Positions 9,955 through 26,973 of a DNA stretch of 64,000 bases are shown piece after piece. The translations under genes and the position numbers were made by a program. The notes beneath the pieces were generated by a model. The model was not told where the DNA came from, made no database searches, and worked only from the letters and a program-made list of their open reading frames with translations. Origin of the DNA: Zygnema circumcarinatum SAG 698-1b (lineage: Eukaryota; Plantae; Zygnematophyceae); the NCBI GenBank assembly GCA_037447605.1, contig CM074805.1:4001361-4065360 (forward strand), written 5' to 3'. Each line of letters opens with the position of its first letter. Position 1 is the stretch's first letter.

Positions 9955-12366
9955 ATGCTGCGGGGCGCTTCTCTTATCGCCATTGTTGACTTTGGAGCAG
10001 CAAGAACCAAGCTTTATTCTGCACATGGCTGCAGATTGCAGCGATCTGGAGAGCTCCTCCGTCTAGGGTTGGTTCCAAAGAATGCACGCAGCGTTTGTTG
10101 CTCTCGGCGATGCTGGAGCCGTTTCCCAGGCGCAAGTGGAGCATTTTTGGGAACCAGGACATCGCTATGGCGAAGGAGGAAGCTTCCTGGCCATTCCGCT
10201 ATGCAAACTGGAGTTGCAGGGTTGGAAGTTCGGGCAAGATCAGTGGGTGATGACAAAGACCAGTCGTCAGCGCGTGCAGAAACTGAGTTTGCTGTTTTTC
10301 GTTTCACACTTGGTATGTTTGCTTCAACTTACAGAAACTGTAGTTCTTTTTCAGCTGTCAGTGATTTAGAACATGCTGCCGAAAGATAAAGATGGGGGAG
10401 AGGAGGAAACGGGAAGTTTTATTTGGGCAGGATGCGCGAGTAGCCAGGAAGGAGTGAATGTGACTATGAGCATGTTAAATGGCAATGTGCACGATGAGTA
10501 AGTGTTCATGAGCGAAAAACGTTAATAGATTAGAGCTAGAAAACTAAATGGCAAGTACAGACCCTCATACTCTATGTACAAGTATGGTTAGTTTCCCTGT
10601 TTGTTGTGCAATGACCTTAACAGCTTGTGTTGTGCAACTCTTTTTTTGTCGGCTTCTGTTATTAGGCACTTGTAACTGGATGGGATTTTATGGTAGAGCT
10701 GTTGGTAAAGATTGAGACGGTTGGCTTTCTCTTTTCAGGCATTCCGGGATTCGATGATGCGAACTTACCACGTGTGATCGGCATTGTTGTTGGAATTCTT
10801 CTTCTCCTTAACCACTTTTTTTCTCCTGGCGCTACCACGGATGCGCAATGGGTAGGTTTGCTTACCCACAGAGTATCTGTACGAAACGTTTTTGTTACAA
10901 GAAGAACAGACTTTAGTGCTCCCTGTGTTTTCTGATTTAGGAGAAATTCCTTTGTTACGCTCAAGGAGGTCAGGTTGAAGCTTCAAGTCTCTGAGATGAT
11001 TATGCAGCCTTATTCGTGATGCTTGAGATTCGAATTGTTATTTCTAGCTTAAGTATTGATCTCGAGGTTGCCTCTCCTTTGATTGTTGTAGGGCAGCGCT
11101 CAGAGGCGATTGGCTTTCTTTTGGCGGCTGTGGCTATAGCAGTTCCTGAACTTGGAAGGCGGATGAAGGTGAGCCGATCAGCACTCAGTGGCTCACTTCC
11201 TGGACAACTTGAGGGAGAAAAAAAGAAAAAAAAATGAAGGATGAAGCATATCCTGTAACGGTACAATTCAAAGAAAATGCAAACCTATTCACGGTTTCCT
11301 ACTAATCTATTCTTGAAACATGGCCTTCTATGCCTTTGATACGGTTCATTGGCTTCATCCCGTCCGGACTTGCTTTCAAACGTGAATTGTAAGGTGCAAT
11401 CAAGTATTGCCTCCTCATTCTACGCAGTCCATTGCTTGATCTCTAGTTTCCCTGTTTTGGAGGCTAGGAAGCTCGGGGAATGCGAGAAAAAGTTATTCCA
11501 CCGGAAGGACCACAAGTCTTCGCTTTGGATGAAAACCTTGGGGAAGAGTCGCAGCAGGAGATAGCTTGGTGCTCCTACGTGCTTCTCCGAAACACACCTT
11601 CAACTGCTGTGGTATTTTTCTTTGGAACACCTCATTCTAGTCTTTGTGGTGAAGAAGAATAGTCTTCTGCTACCTTGAATTCTCCAAGTTTCTGTATTTG
11701 TGACCTTCTGCTACCTGAACAAGCTTCAGCCACTATGCGAGTTCGCTGCAGTTTCTGTGGAGGAACGGCACCATTCTTTGTGCTCGAGGTTCTATGGCTG
11801 GTTTTTCGTCGGCTACCACTCAGCCCGTTGAGAAGATGGCCCTTCTAAGAGAGTGTGGGGAGGCGATGGAGCGCAGTTTGAATGCGTCTGAAGACCTGCA
11901 GCGAGCTGTTGCAGGGGAGACTGGAGCATTATACATCTCGTCAAGTGCAAGTGAGTTATGCAATTCGATATTGTGCCTTTAACGTATCAGGAGGATGGCT
12001 TTAGTAAATGCTGCTGTTTGTAAAGAACCCTTCAGAGCCCCGCCGAGAGGAGGGAAAACACTTGAGGCGAGTGTTTTTGTTCAGGCAGAAGAATGACTTG
12101 AGATGCCTTGCTTGCTTGCTTGCTTCTGCCCAGGTAGTAGCCAGCAGTGGGACATCCTGCCGGCCGGCTCTGTGTCAGCCCTCGTCCAGCCCCTTGGAGG
12201 CAGGCCCAGCGATGGACCACCACCAGCAGCTACTCGGTGGGGAGGGGGAGCCCTGCTGCTTGTCTCAACGCAGCCGCGAGCCTTTAGCAAGAAGGACCGC
12301 CTGTGGGCTGCTGCTCTGGCCCGCAAGTTGGAAGCGACCCTGCCCGAGCGCTCGCTCGTTCAATGA
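9955..12366 (+). CDS. CCB2: Cofactor assembly of complex C subunit B CCB2 (cytochrome b6 heme ci attachment), about 6 exons
   Basis: Spliced motif AVFRFTLG|IPGFDDANLPRVIGIVVGILLLLNHF (exon 1 ends 10312, exon 2 starts 10739), RSEAIGFLLAAVAIAVPELGRRMK, EIAWCSYVLLRNTP, and final exon PRAFSKKDRLWAAALARKL. Confidence 0.88.
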
Positions 12367-12679
12367 GATAGGCCTAAGTGCGAAATTGTAGCTAATTGCA
12401 GCCCTTCGTCGCAGTGAAAAACAGCCCTTAGGACTTTATTTTGGAGCGATTTTCCCAAGCATAAGCTCCATTACATTGCCGCGTGAAATAAGAAACCATG
12501 CCTTTTCCTTCAGAGGTGTACTCCCAAGTCATCTTCCTTCAAAGCTTGCTTCAAAATTTTTACTCCCATCACATCCAAACTTGCCGAGGGTTGATCGTCC
12601 CCGCGGTTGTCTCCCGGTCGGAACAACGCTGTTCCATGCCGGGACGGAGCGCCAAATCCACATGGAACACCTCTGCCGT

Positions 12680-12790
12680 ATCTGATGACGTGGCATCACC
12701 ATGCTCCCTTTTGGCCAATGGTGTGCGCCCGCAAGATCCGCCGGCGGCTTTTGACCAATCACATCACTCCGTTCGCCGTGTGGATAGATA
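12680..12790 (+). promoter_or_regulatory. Putative GSA promoter elements (ACGT box, two CCAAT boxes, GATA)
   Basis: ATGACGTGGC near 12684, GGCCAATG near 12713, GACCAATC near 12753, GGATAGATA near 12782; 240-340 bp upstream of the ATG. Confidence 0.4.
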
Positions 12791-13020
12791 CCTAGTTCCC
12801 CTGTCCTGCCACCGTGGCCGCTTAGCGTATTGGAGAACGGGACTGCCCCATAGAGTCAAATATCTCCGTACAGTTCCAATCCTTGGAATATCCAGCTCCT
12901 TCAAACCTTGCTAGCACTACTTGCTCTTTGAAGGGGAGGAGAGAGGAGTGAGGGAAGCCGCTGTCAAGCTTTCTGAGCCGCCATTGTTCCTGCAGGCAGG
13001 TACTTGCTGAAAAAGGTAAA

Positions 13021-17892
<4,872 letters not shown>

Positions 17893-19707
17893 TAACGCTT
17901 CGACTGTCTTCTCTCACAGTAAGGAAAGCAGTGTGCGGCGGAGCTAGTTAGCTTGATGGCAGACACCTGGATCGACAGCCGACCTAATTAAGTGGCTTAG
18001 CGGTTTGTAAACAGCGCCTTAAATGGAAATAAAGAGAGTCTGTAACACTTGAATCGTGAAAGGTTTGGTTTGATAAATCGGCGGCGCCCGGATGGGTCTC
18101 GTTGCCGCGCAGGACCAGCTGCCGCAGCCACTCGCGGTTGTGCTTCGTCACTGCCTGTCACACGGCGGGGTTCAGAGTTAAGGGTTCAGGAGCCGTCTGA
18201 CTGACCACTCACTCTCACGAGCAGGGCTCGGGCTCGGGGGATGAGTTTGCAAACAGAAGGCTCGGGATTTACGCGGCTGTCTGTGTCGTAAGCTTCGGGA
18301 TTCAGTGAGCGGCAAAGGATAGGCAGATTCACAAGCGATGAAAATGAGCAGAATGAGGCACTCAATCCGCAAATGATCAAGCTATTGTTCCGATACTACA
18401 GGTTTTCATACAGAAAAAAAAGCTACAGCTTGTTTCATTATTGTGTGTATCGGGGAGGTATATCGAGGTCTAGCGATAGGAAACGGAAGAAAAGGAAGGG
18501 CTTGGCATGAATTTGTGGTCAACTTGAAAAAAAGTCACCGGTTGAATGCTACTGGCTCAGTGCTGGACCAGGGGAACGGCACATGAGTACTGATTCTGAT
18601 TTAGGCACTGGAAAGCTTACGATGACACTATTGCCTGACTTGAGTTCATACATACAAAGGTCCAAGCCCAACTCTTCCCCATCTCAGCGCAGGTAACCGG
18701 AACTGAACGATTCCTTCATGGAAATGTTCACACATACATGGTTACTGTCTCCCACTGATGAAGGAGTCTGAAGACACGTTTTGGACGAAGAAGCAGACTG
18801 TAAACAAGGCCCCTCCGTGAGGACGTCAGACAACATCGTTGAACAATGGACAAAAATGCCCCAGCGCGGGGGGAGATCTCCATGTGAATAAGTTATGGAG
18901 TGGCACGCATACAGCAGTGGTAAAGTAAAGCTTTGTAAGGCACTCTCTGAGATATACTCTCTCAGTCATCCGTCTAGGGCCTATGGGCCTAGGCTCGCAT
19001 ATGTGCAACGAAGGCTATCATGTGAAGACATGCAGGCCGTGCACCGCCATGCATAGCTTTATCACCACTTTCACTCTTTATTATACTAAGAACTTCTCAA
19101 AAGAAGGGGACTGCCCTTAAACAGCCATAATACATCAAAACGTTTCCGGGGTCAACCGAGTCCCCATGCCCTGACCTCTCCTTAACTGCCGCAGCTTCAC
19201 AAAACCTTCACGGAACTAAAAGTGTTTCACGAGAGGGCTTTCCCAAAGGAGGATAATCTCAAAGGATGGAGTTTCACCTGAACCTGTGGTAACCTAAAAC
19301 CACTTAAAGCCGTTTTAAAAAACTGAAGTAACTTTTAAGTAAGCCGAAGCACCTTCCCAACTTCCGAGCCAACTGGCATTGTCTCCCCATATTCCTCTGC
19401 AAACATCGCTAATCGCCAACACCCGTTCTCAGCAGAGCCAAATGCAGAGCAGCGAGCTGTAAGGGCTGCTGCCCGCCCGGATCTCATGGGTTGAATTTCA
19501 GAGAATGACCCCAGCTATAAGCCAATACTATCCTGCAACTGTCCGTTAGCTGACCTAAACTTTTAAGATTGACGGACAACAGAACGAAACGGAATGGAAC
19601 GGAACGGGACAGGGTGGAGCGAATCTGAATGGAATTGCCTACCTCTGCTTGTGAGAGTCCTTCCTCCAAACTGCCATATGCACAACCTACCTACCAAGAT
19701 CCCGTAT

Positions 19708-22700
19708 TCAGTCTGGCAGATCGATTGAACTATCCCCTAAAGCGTCCACATCGACCGCAGGAGGTGTCATGGCTCGCACACGTGACTGGCGAGGAGTTTC
19801 ATCGCCAGAAAGGTAAGGTGCACCGGAGTTGCTTCTAGACAAGGATCGACTGCTACTAAATGAGTGAGAACGGGGGGAGAGAAAGTTCGGTTCATGTGCT
19901 AACGGGGACTTTGGCAATCCTCCACTCAGTGTTTTGCCATTGAGCTTGCCAGTAAGTCCCCCGCTTGGGTTTCGGACAAACTCCAAACTTTTGCTGATGC
20001 CCGGGGGGGCCTCTTTGCTTTCCGAGGCAAGGTCTATCTTTATGCGATCCTCCTCAGGCAGGCTGGCAAGCACCTTTCTATAAGCCACGATGCTTGGAGG
20101 TGTTCTTGGAACATCTGATGACTTTGGAGAATCAACAGGGGTCTCGTCATGTCTCGCATCTTGGAATGGTCCCCGTGGTGAAGGCAAGCTAGACAAATCG
20201 ATTTCTGGCAACCCATCCTTAGCCAGGTTTGAGCCTCGCCGACTGATGCTACGAGGAATAGGAAGCTCTTGCAGCTGTTTGGGCGGCACTAAGTGAGAAA
20301 TGGGTGAAAGGAAAACGTTCTTCTCTTCTGAACCAAATATAAAATAATGATCTGCAACCCCTCGGTTACCGTCTCCTCCAGACTCCCTTATTTTCCACTC
20401 TTCACCCAAATCATCGTCCTCATCGTCATCGTCCTTCTCTCCTTGAATTTCTGGGAACAAATCTGCTAACCTTCCTGGTGGCCCAACCCCTCCCAACGTT
20501 GGCCCTGCCACGCTCGTCACAGTTTCCACAACCTCCACGATTTCCACGTTCTTCTCCTCCGGAATAGGGGCAATAATTGGAGCGTGAGGGATAGGAGATC
20601 TCTCAGGCTCCCCTTGCCGCCTATGTCTGCTGGCCACGTGGTTGAGGCTGACAAGCAGGCTCACAATTAGCGCTTCTGTTCTATCCTGGTTTGCATGATG
20701 AAGGGACTGCAGGAGGGTCAGTTCAGTATGTCCCTGCAGCCGGCGTTCAGCGGCATATCTGCGGTAGAAATGGACCATAATGTCAGACGGAACTGACATT
20801 ATTAACTGGGAAGGCTCTCGAAAAGCAGGGGTGAGTCTCCTTCTATCCAGGCTATCCGTCTATCCTTTCCGTGAAGCTGCTAAGGAAAGGCAGCAGGATT
20901 AGGGTCACTGATGGACTGTCCTATCAAGATAGTTTTGTTTCAGACAGCATGAAACGCGGAAATGGGCCCATGACTTGGACTATAATTAGCATGAAATAAG
21001 CCACAAATGACCAGTTTTCATTTGAGTTTGTGAATGAAACAGGGAAGGGGCAAGCTGGGAATACCGCACAGTATTAGCACCCATAGTTACAAGCCAATCA
21101 AGGACACTCTCCATCCGCTCCACCAGGGTATCCGTGTCCTCCTGGTCAAACCACCCACAGGCCCTCTCACTCTGTCATGATTGAGCCATACGTCACTTAC
21201 ATGGATGTCTCAACTACTCCGAAAGTAGTATCTTTCAGCTCATCAACATGGGTCACTAGGTGTTAGGAAGGAACCACTCTCACCTGTGCCATACTTCCTG
21301 ACTTCAATAGGGCCCTCTTAAGCTTCCGCTTCAGGGAGGGGGTCAACATGCTATACAATGTATCCCGCAGCTGAGCGGCAGCAAATGGCCTCATGGCCTG
21401 CAGCAAGTCAAAGCAAATAAGGTTGAGGAAAGGTGGGAATGTCGGAGGTAGGCCAAGGCCAATGTAGAGTCACTATAATGGTTGATTCGGCCGGGCATAA
21501 AAGTGGGAAATCGGAACCAAGCTTGAGTCGTATAATGAACAAATCTTACGACAGAACCTCATCGACGTTTGTATGTGATTCTGGTGGCTCACCAGATTAT
21601 CAATCACGTTGATGACATTGGCGTAGTGAACTGCCAACCCAGATACTCCCAGCTTCTGCAAGTCGCTTGGAGATTCCCTAGGCCGATCCATAAGTCCACC
21701 CACTTTGACCACTGCCAAAAGAAAAAGCACTGAATGAGCAATGCCAACAATTGCCACCAAAGAAAACCTTGCAAGAGTCAAGTTCCGTTCTTCCATGTAC
21801 AAGCTTATCTAGGAAGCAAAAATCCATTGCGAAGAAATGCTGAGCTAATTTTAGTATCTTGCCCGGAGCTGCACCACGGAAGCTCCCAAAGGCATGAATA
21901 ATGATGGCAAAAAAAGTGTATGAGCAACCAGATAACAACATATCTGCAAGTCTGCGGAAGTCCACTTAGTGCTGGCCACACATGCCTTCACATCTAGTGA
22001 AATATTTAACATAGGCTCACACAGTACCCAGCCTGCTTAAACATCCAGTTGAAACGTATGGACAGCCCACCTTGCTGCCCAAACACCTGAACGATTTGCT
22101 GATGTAAGAATATTATAACCTCAACCAACTTTCCCACCACCTGTTGAACGCCCACTGGCCCCCATGTGGTATTAGCGCATGAACTAGACTTGAAAGGAAC
22201 TGACTGTGGATAAACTATGGTGAGTTAGGACCAAAGGAACAACAAATTGTACAGCTACAGGTGTATCAAATAAGTGAAGTGGATCGCCGCAGTATTCATG
22301 CTATACTAGATAACTCAAACATTTCCAAATTTCATGATGTGATTGCACTCAAGTAGTGTTGTAGTGAAAAAAATCCCTTTGTCAAGCACTATTGTATAGG
22401 CAAAACAGGTCAGCTGGCAAGTCTCCAATAAAATAAAAGCTAAATTCGGAGCAATCATATAACTTGCGGGAATTGAACTGACCCAATCAAGTCGTTTGGT
22501 CCACAGGCTTTTCTTTTTTAGGGTCTTCACTGACTTCTCTCGTCCCTTCAAGTCACTCTTCAAGGAGGCAAATGGATCTGCAATCAGGATAACCAATGAA
22601 CGTGAACAACAAAATGGACCAGCGACAGAAGAGAAATGCATTAGAGAGTTGAAAGCAACATTAAATATAAGGCACCTACCTTTCTGAGAGCCACTGCCCT

Positions 22701-25700
22701 TCTTCTCCTCCCTATCATCCGACTTCTCTTCACCCTGTAATTTTCGTTGATACAATTGCTCAAGTGACTTTAGACCAATCAATTCGTGGTAGAGCTCCTG
22801 ATTAACCAAAACCAGCAGCCCCACATACACACACAGCAACACGGTACCTTAAGAAAGCAGTTGTCAAAACATGGCACTCACGAAAGGTACATATGATGGC
22901 ATGTTTGCGCACAATTCGACTTCAATCTGGTTGGCTCCAAAAGCAAGCTGCTGAAATAAAGAATAACAGAGTAGTGATATTCATGTTTGACCTAACTCCA
23001 TCCTCTTGACTACCATATACAACACACGCGTCGCATGTATCTTCGTTTTGGAAAATCTTCGGCAGCTTTCTGAAGAAATGGAGCGAAGCATTTAGAGTTC
23101 CTTTACAAACCACTTTGGCTTAGGACTAAGATTACAGCATCATTGCTTTAGGCAAGTCAACACGTTATATCATTCCTAGTATGACCTCAAGCTTCAACCC
23201 ACAGTCCGCATGACCATCTATTTGCAGCTCACCGCGGTTGCCTGGGCATGGCATTCCATGTTCTTCAGCTCCACTTCAATATCATCTTCGGTCAACTTTA
23301 GCTTCGGTTCCTCCACTGTGCCCAGCCTGCAGACGCCACTCTCCATACAATGGTTGAAATTATTTGAATTATTACTATTATTATTTGAATCATGCCTCTC
23401 CTTCCATACAATTCAGTCCTTCCATAAAATCCATCATTTATTGAGGACCTGCTTGGGCTTCCTAAGGGTAGAGAAAACCGGTGTCTTTCAAAGCGCTGGA
23501 AGTAAGAAATTGCATGTGAGAAGCTTAATGCAAACATTGCCTTTTCTCGCGGATGTTGGAAGCACATTTCCAATGCCCACGTGACCCACTCTTTACAAGG
23601 CCTTCTTGTAAGGGGCGTGATAAGGGGTGAGAGGTAAGGGGCGTTGGAAGCAAGACAGGCTCCCTATGCTAATTTCAAGAGTCAGGAGGTGTCAACGTGC
23701 ATAGAAGGTAGACTCCAATAAACTGCTGATGTGTGCCCTTGAATTTGAGGACGATTATTTGGCACAAGTTTAATCAACAAACCAAACAATGAATCAGATA
23801 TAAGACCAAGAGGTCAGTGGACGTCGTTGAGAAGCTGCTCACACTATCCCACATTCATTGCCCTAATAGCAAAGTTTGTGGGTCTCACATGTTGAAGTCG
23901 TGATCTAAGGACTTCATAACTGGATCGGAACAGAGCAAGCCAAGGCGAGCCACCTCCTTCGCCACTGCTCGCAGCTCCATCCTAAGCAGCTCCAATTGAC
24001 AAGCCCCAAGAGACCCCCCTTGCCTGCCCATCTCAGCCAGTCTGACGAACTGCAGCACAATCTTGAGGGAGTCCTTACTCCGAAATCTCAAGTAGCATAC
24101 ATGCTTCTACAGATTCCCCGTTCAACAAACTACTCCATTATTGCTCTAATGCTTCAGAATTCTATGAAAATACTTACAACAAGCCTAGCCCTTGCATAGC
24201 ACCCTCCGAAGACATGACTACAGGCCCACACATGACGTGGCCCTTGAAATCTTGAGTACACCCACAATCCTGCACTCTCCAACCATTCGATTTTCCTCAC
24301 AAACGCTGCTACAAACGTCACCTTTTGTCTTCGGCCGCAATGCACCAAAGGTCAAGTTCGTCCTCTGACACCAACTGCCGGACACCTTCCGAGTTCAGGA
24401 CCTGCTTTCTGAGGTCCTCAATGTCGTCAGGCTGCAACGAGTTCCGAAGATTCAGAACGCGCACAATCACGTTGGCGATTTCAAAAGCCAGAATTTCAAT
24501 GCGACTGCTCCCCCAAACCTCCCACAATCCCTCCCCACAAATTAAAAACAGAAAAAAAAAAAACCAAACAGAAACTTTGTGAGCTTGCTTCAGTTACGTC
24601 ATGAGACTGCATGAGACTAACTGCGGGGAAAAGGATAAAAATACGAAGACACTCTTAAAAGCAGTGCTGTCAACAAACAATGTAATGCGCCGCGTGCCCC
24701 AAGTTTTACAAGAACTGATGCAACAGCAAGCACCATTTCCTTACTGCTGTCTGACAAATTTTGTAATTTAATCTCCCCGTCACATAACTAAACACGTTGC
24801 AGCTTGTCACAACTATCTCAGGGTTCCATTGTTGTTTTGCACATATTGCTATACAAAAAAATGCGTTTAGAATCAAGCGAGGGACAACCTATCATGAGAG
24901 CACAACAGATATAAACAAAATCAGGCTGGTAAGGGTCATTCCTAAATTGTCTGACCCTGCACGTAATTTCTGCTATTCACAGAGTACAGTAACTACTACG
25001 TAGACTAATGAGGCACCCAGGCAACGCAACGATAAGTAAGCTCATGCACTTGAAGGGTGCCACATCTTCTAATTTTGTAATCACACATTCTTGCTCTCTA
25101 TCTTAAAATCTGTTGTCTACCCAGCACCAAAAATGGCACCCATTCCAGGTTCGCAAGCCCTAGCCACTTTTTGAACAGGCATTGTTTTTTTTTTCTAAAG
25201 AAAATACTTGAGGTAAAGCTCAAAGGTGTTGTTCAAGAACAGCTTGCTAATTGAGTTGGCTAATGTATCAAGCTCTCGGACAATGGTTTCTATCAATCAT
25301 TCAATGCTGTAGCTTCCACGACATAACCAGTCAGGCTGGCCATTTATATCCCTTGCTACCTACATCCCAACTAGACATTGAAGGCCTCTAATTGGGAAGA
25401 AGAGTTGGCAACAATAGCAACACTTCAGTTCTAAATGCCTTCAGAGAACATACCCTCCACGTGCCTTTGCCTTGCCCCGTTCATCTTCAATGCTGCACCC
25501 AAGCCCCAACCTAGCTGGCTGAATGAGGATGACTGCACTTCTCAGCAAGTCAGAAAAATGAGAGTCCTATTGATGCGATCGAGTGGAAAGACCGCGGGAA
25601 GGCTTTAGACATGTTACGCTGGATTGCTGATTGGCGGGCCGGACAAAACTGCTGTTATGTCGCCAATGGTTTTCATGAGTCCTCCCCCGCTTGCACTCCT

Positions 25701-26829
25701 CACAAGACGGCTCTTTAGGACCGAGCCATCCTGCACAGGGTAGTGCTCAGTCAGTATGGTTGTTAATCTAGCATGATAATAAACTGCCAACGTGGATACC
25801 AGCATCGAACTACTCGTTAAGAAGGAACGATGCAGTGGTTTCAGCTCACTGCGGGATGCGAAGATCTGAGCAAGTCAATTCGCCTCACCATACTAGTGTG
25901 ATTTTTTAATTATTTCAATTGTACAAACGAGTCTCACACTCCTTGTAAGGGGCTATAACAGCAAGTTTTTGTTATCAGAGCATTGTTTGATGATTGGCTA
26001 TTTGTAATTTTGATGTTGCTTAGTTATTTGCCTGTTCCAACTATTAAGCTGTAAGGAGCTTGCATAAAACAGCCCCTCACAAATAGGAGATGGTCTAGAC
26101 TTCAACAGATGGAGAGAAAGCAGGAAGCGAAATTTAAAGTTAAAAAAAAACACTAAGCACAATTAGAGCAAGAAAGTCAACCTTGGTATGCCTGGCTCTT
26201 ATCCTGGAGAGATTGCTCTGTTCGAATTTCAAATCCCCTTTTGGTTTGCTCTCCTTGCCCCAAGACCCCTTGGCCTTCAACTCCTCCTTCTTCTCATCGC
26301 CAGTTTCCCCTTTTCTCTTCTTGCTTGGCCCCTCTGCTGTTCCCTCGCCTCCATCCAGAGAGTCCGGCCCCTCCCTCTGCTTAACATTGGATCGGAATGG
26401 CCTGTCAAGTGCTCCACCTTTGACCTCGCCCACTTTTGACCGCTGGCTGACGTTGCCTGCTGAAGTGCGATCCTTCTCGTGGTCGTCGCCTTTTCCTTTT
26501 CCAAAAACTGCATTATCCTCCGGACTAGCTTCAGAATGTAAGACATCTCCATCAGGCATCTCCCTTTTCTCGGCATGCTCAGTGTTACCATTTTTTCCGA
26601 ATTCTACTTCACCGGCCTCCAAGGCTTCTTTCTTGACAGCATGAACAGCTTTCTCCAGAGATGAACTATCTGCAGAATGTCGATTACTCAACAACTTGAC
26701 CAGCACTCGATCGCGAAAGCTATGGGATGCCGGATGGTTATCCTCATGTGATTTTATCTCTCGTTCATCCCTGTGAACATCTACAACAACGTCCTCTCTA
26801 ACAACTGGTGCTGAGGCAGCACAGCCCAT
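19708..26829 (-). CDS. PSI: DUF3475 + DUF668 protein (PSK SIMULATOR / PSI-like), multi-exon
   Basis: MGCAAS acylation-type start; RIEILAFEIANVIVRVLNLRNSL...VLNSEGVRQLVSED...AAEDKR (DUF3475); LYHELIGLKSLEQLY, KSLWTKRLD; KLGVSGLAVHYANVINVIDNL and LLQSLHHANQDRTEALIVSLLVSLNH (DUF668). Confidence 0.88.
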
Positions 26830-26973
26830 CCTTGTTGCGTTTGACAGCGTCTTATGATTTGGCCTGACGATGACCTAAATCAGTGGGCTTGCTTCCTTTT
26901 CTCGGTTATCATGCCGCAAACGCCGATAGCTGCATTGTCCAACATGCCCCAAAAGGTGTCGTTAGCTTTCCAC

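Noticed and set aside
18000-19700. Possible hidden gene between the GSA and PSI 3' ends
   Set aside because: Candidate exons hit stops in the frames tested; probably convergent UTRs.
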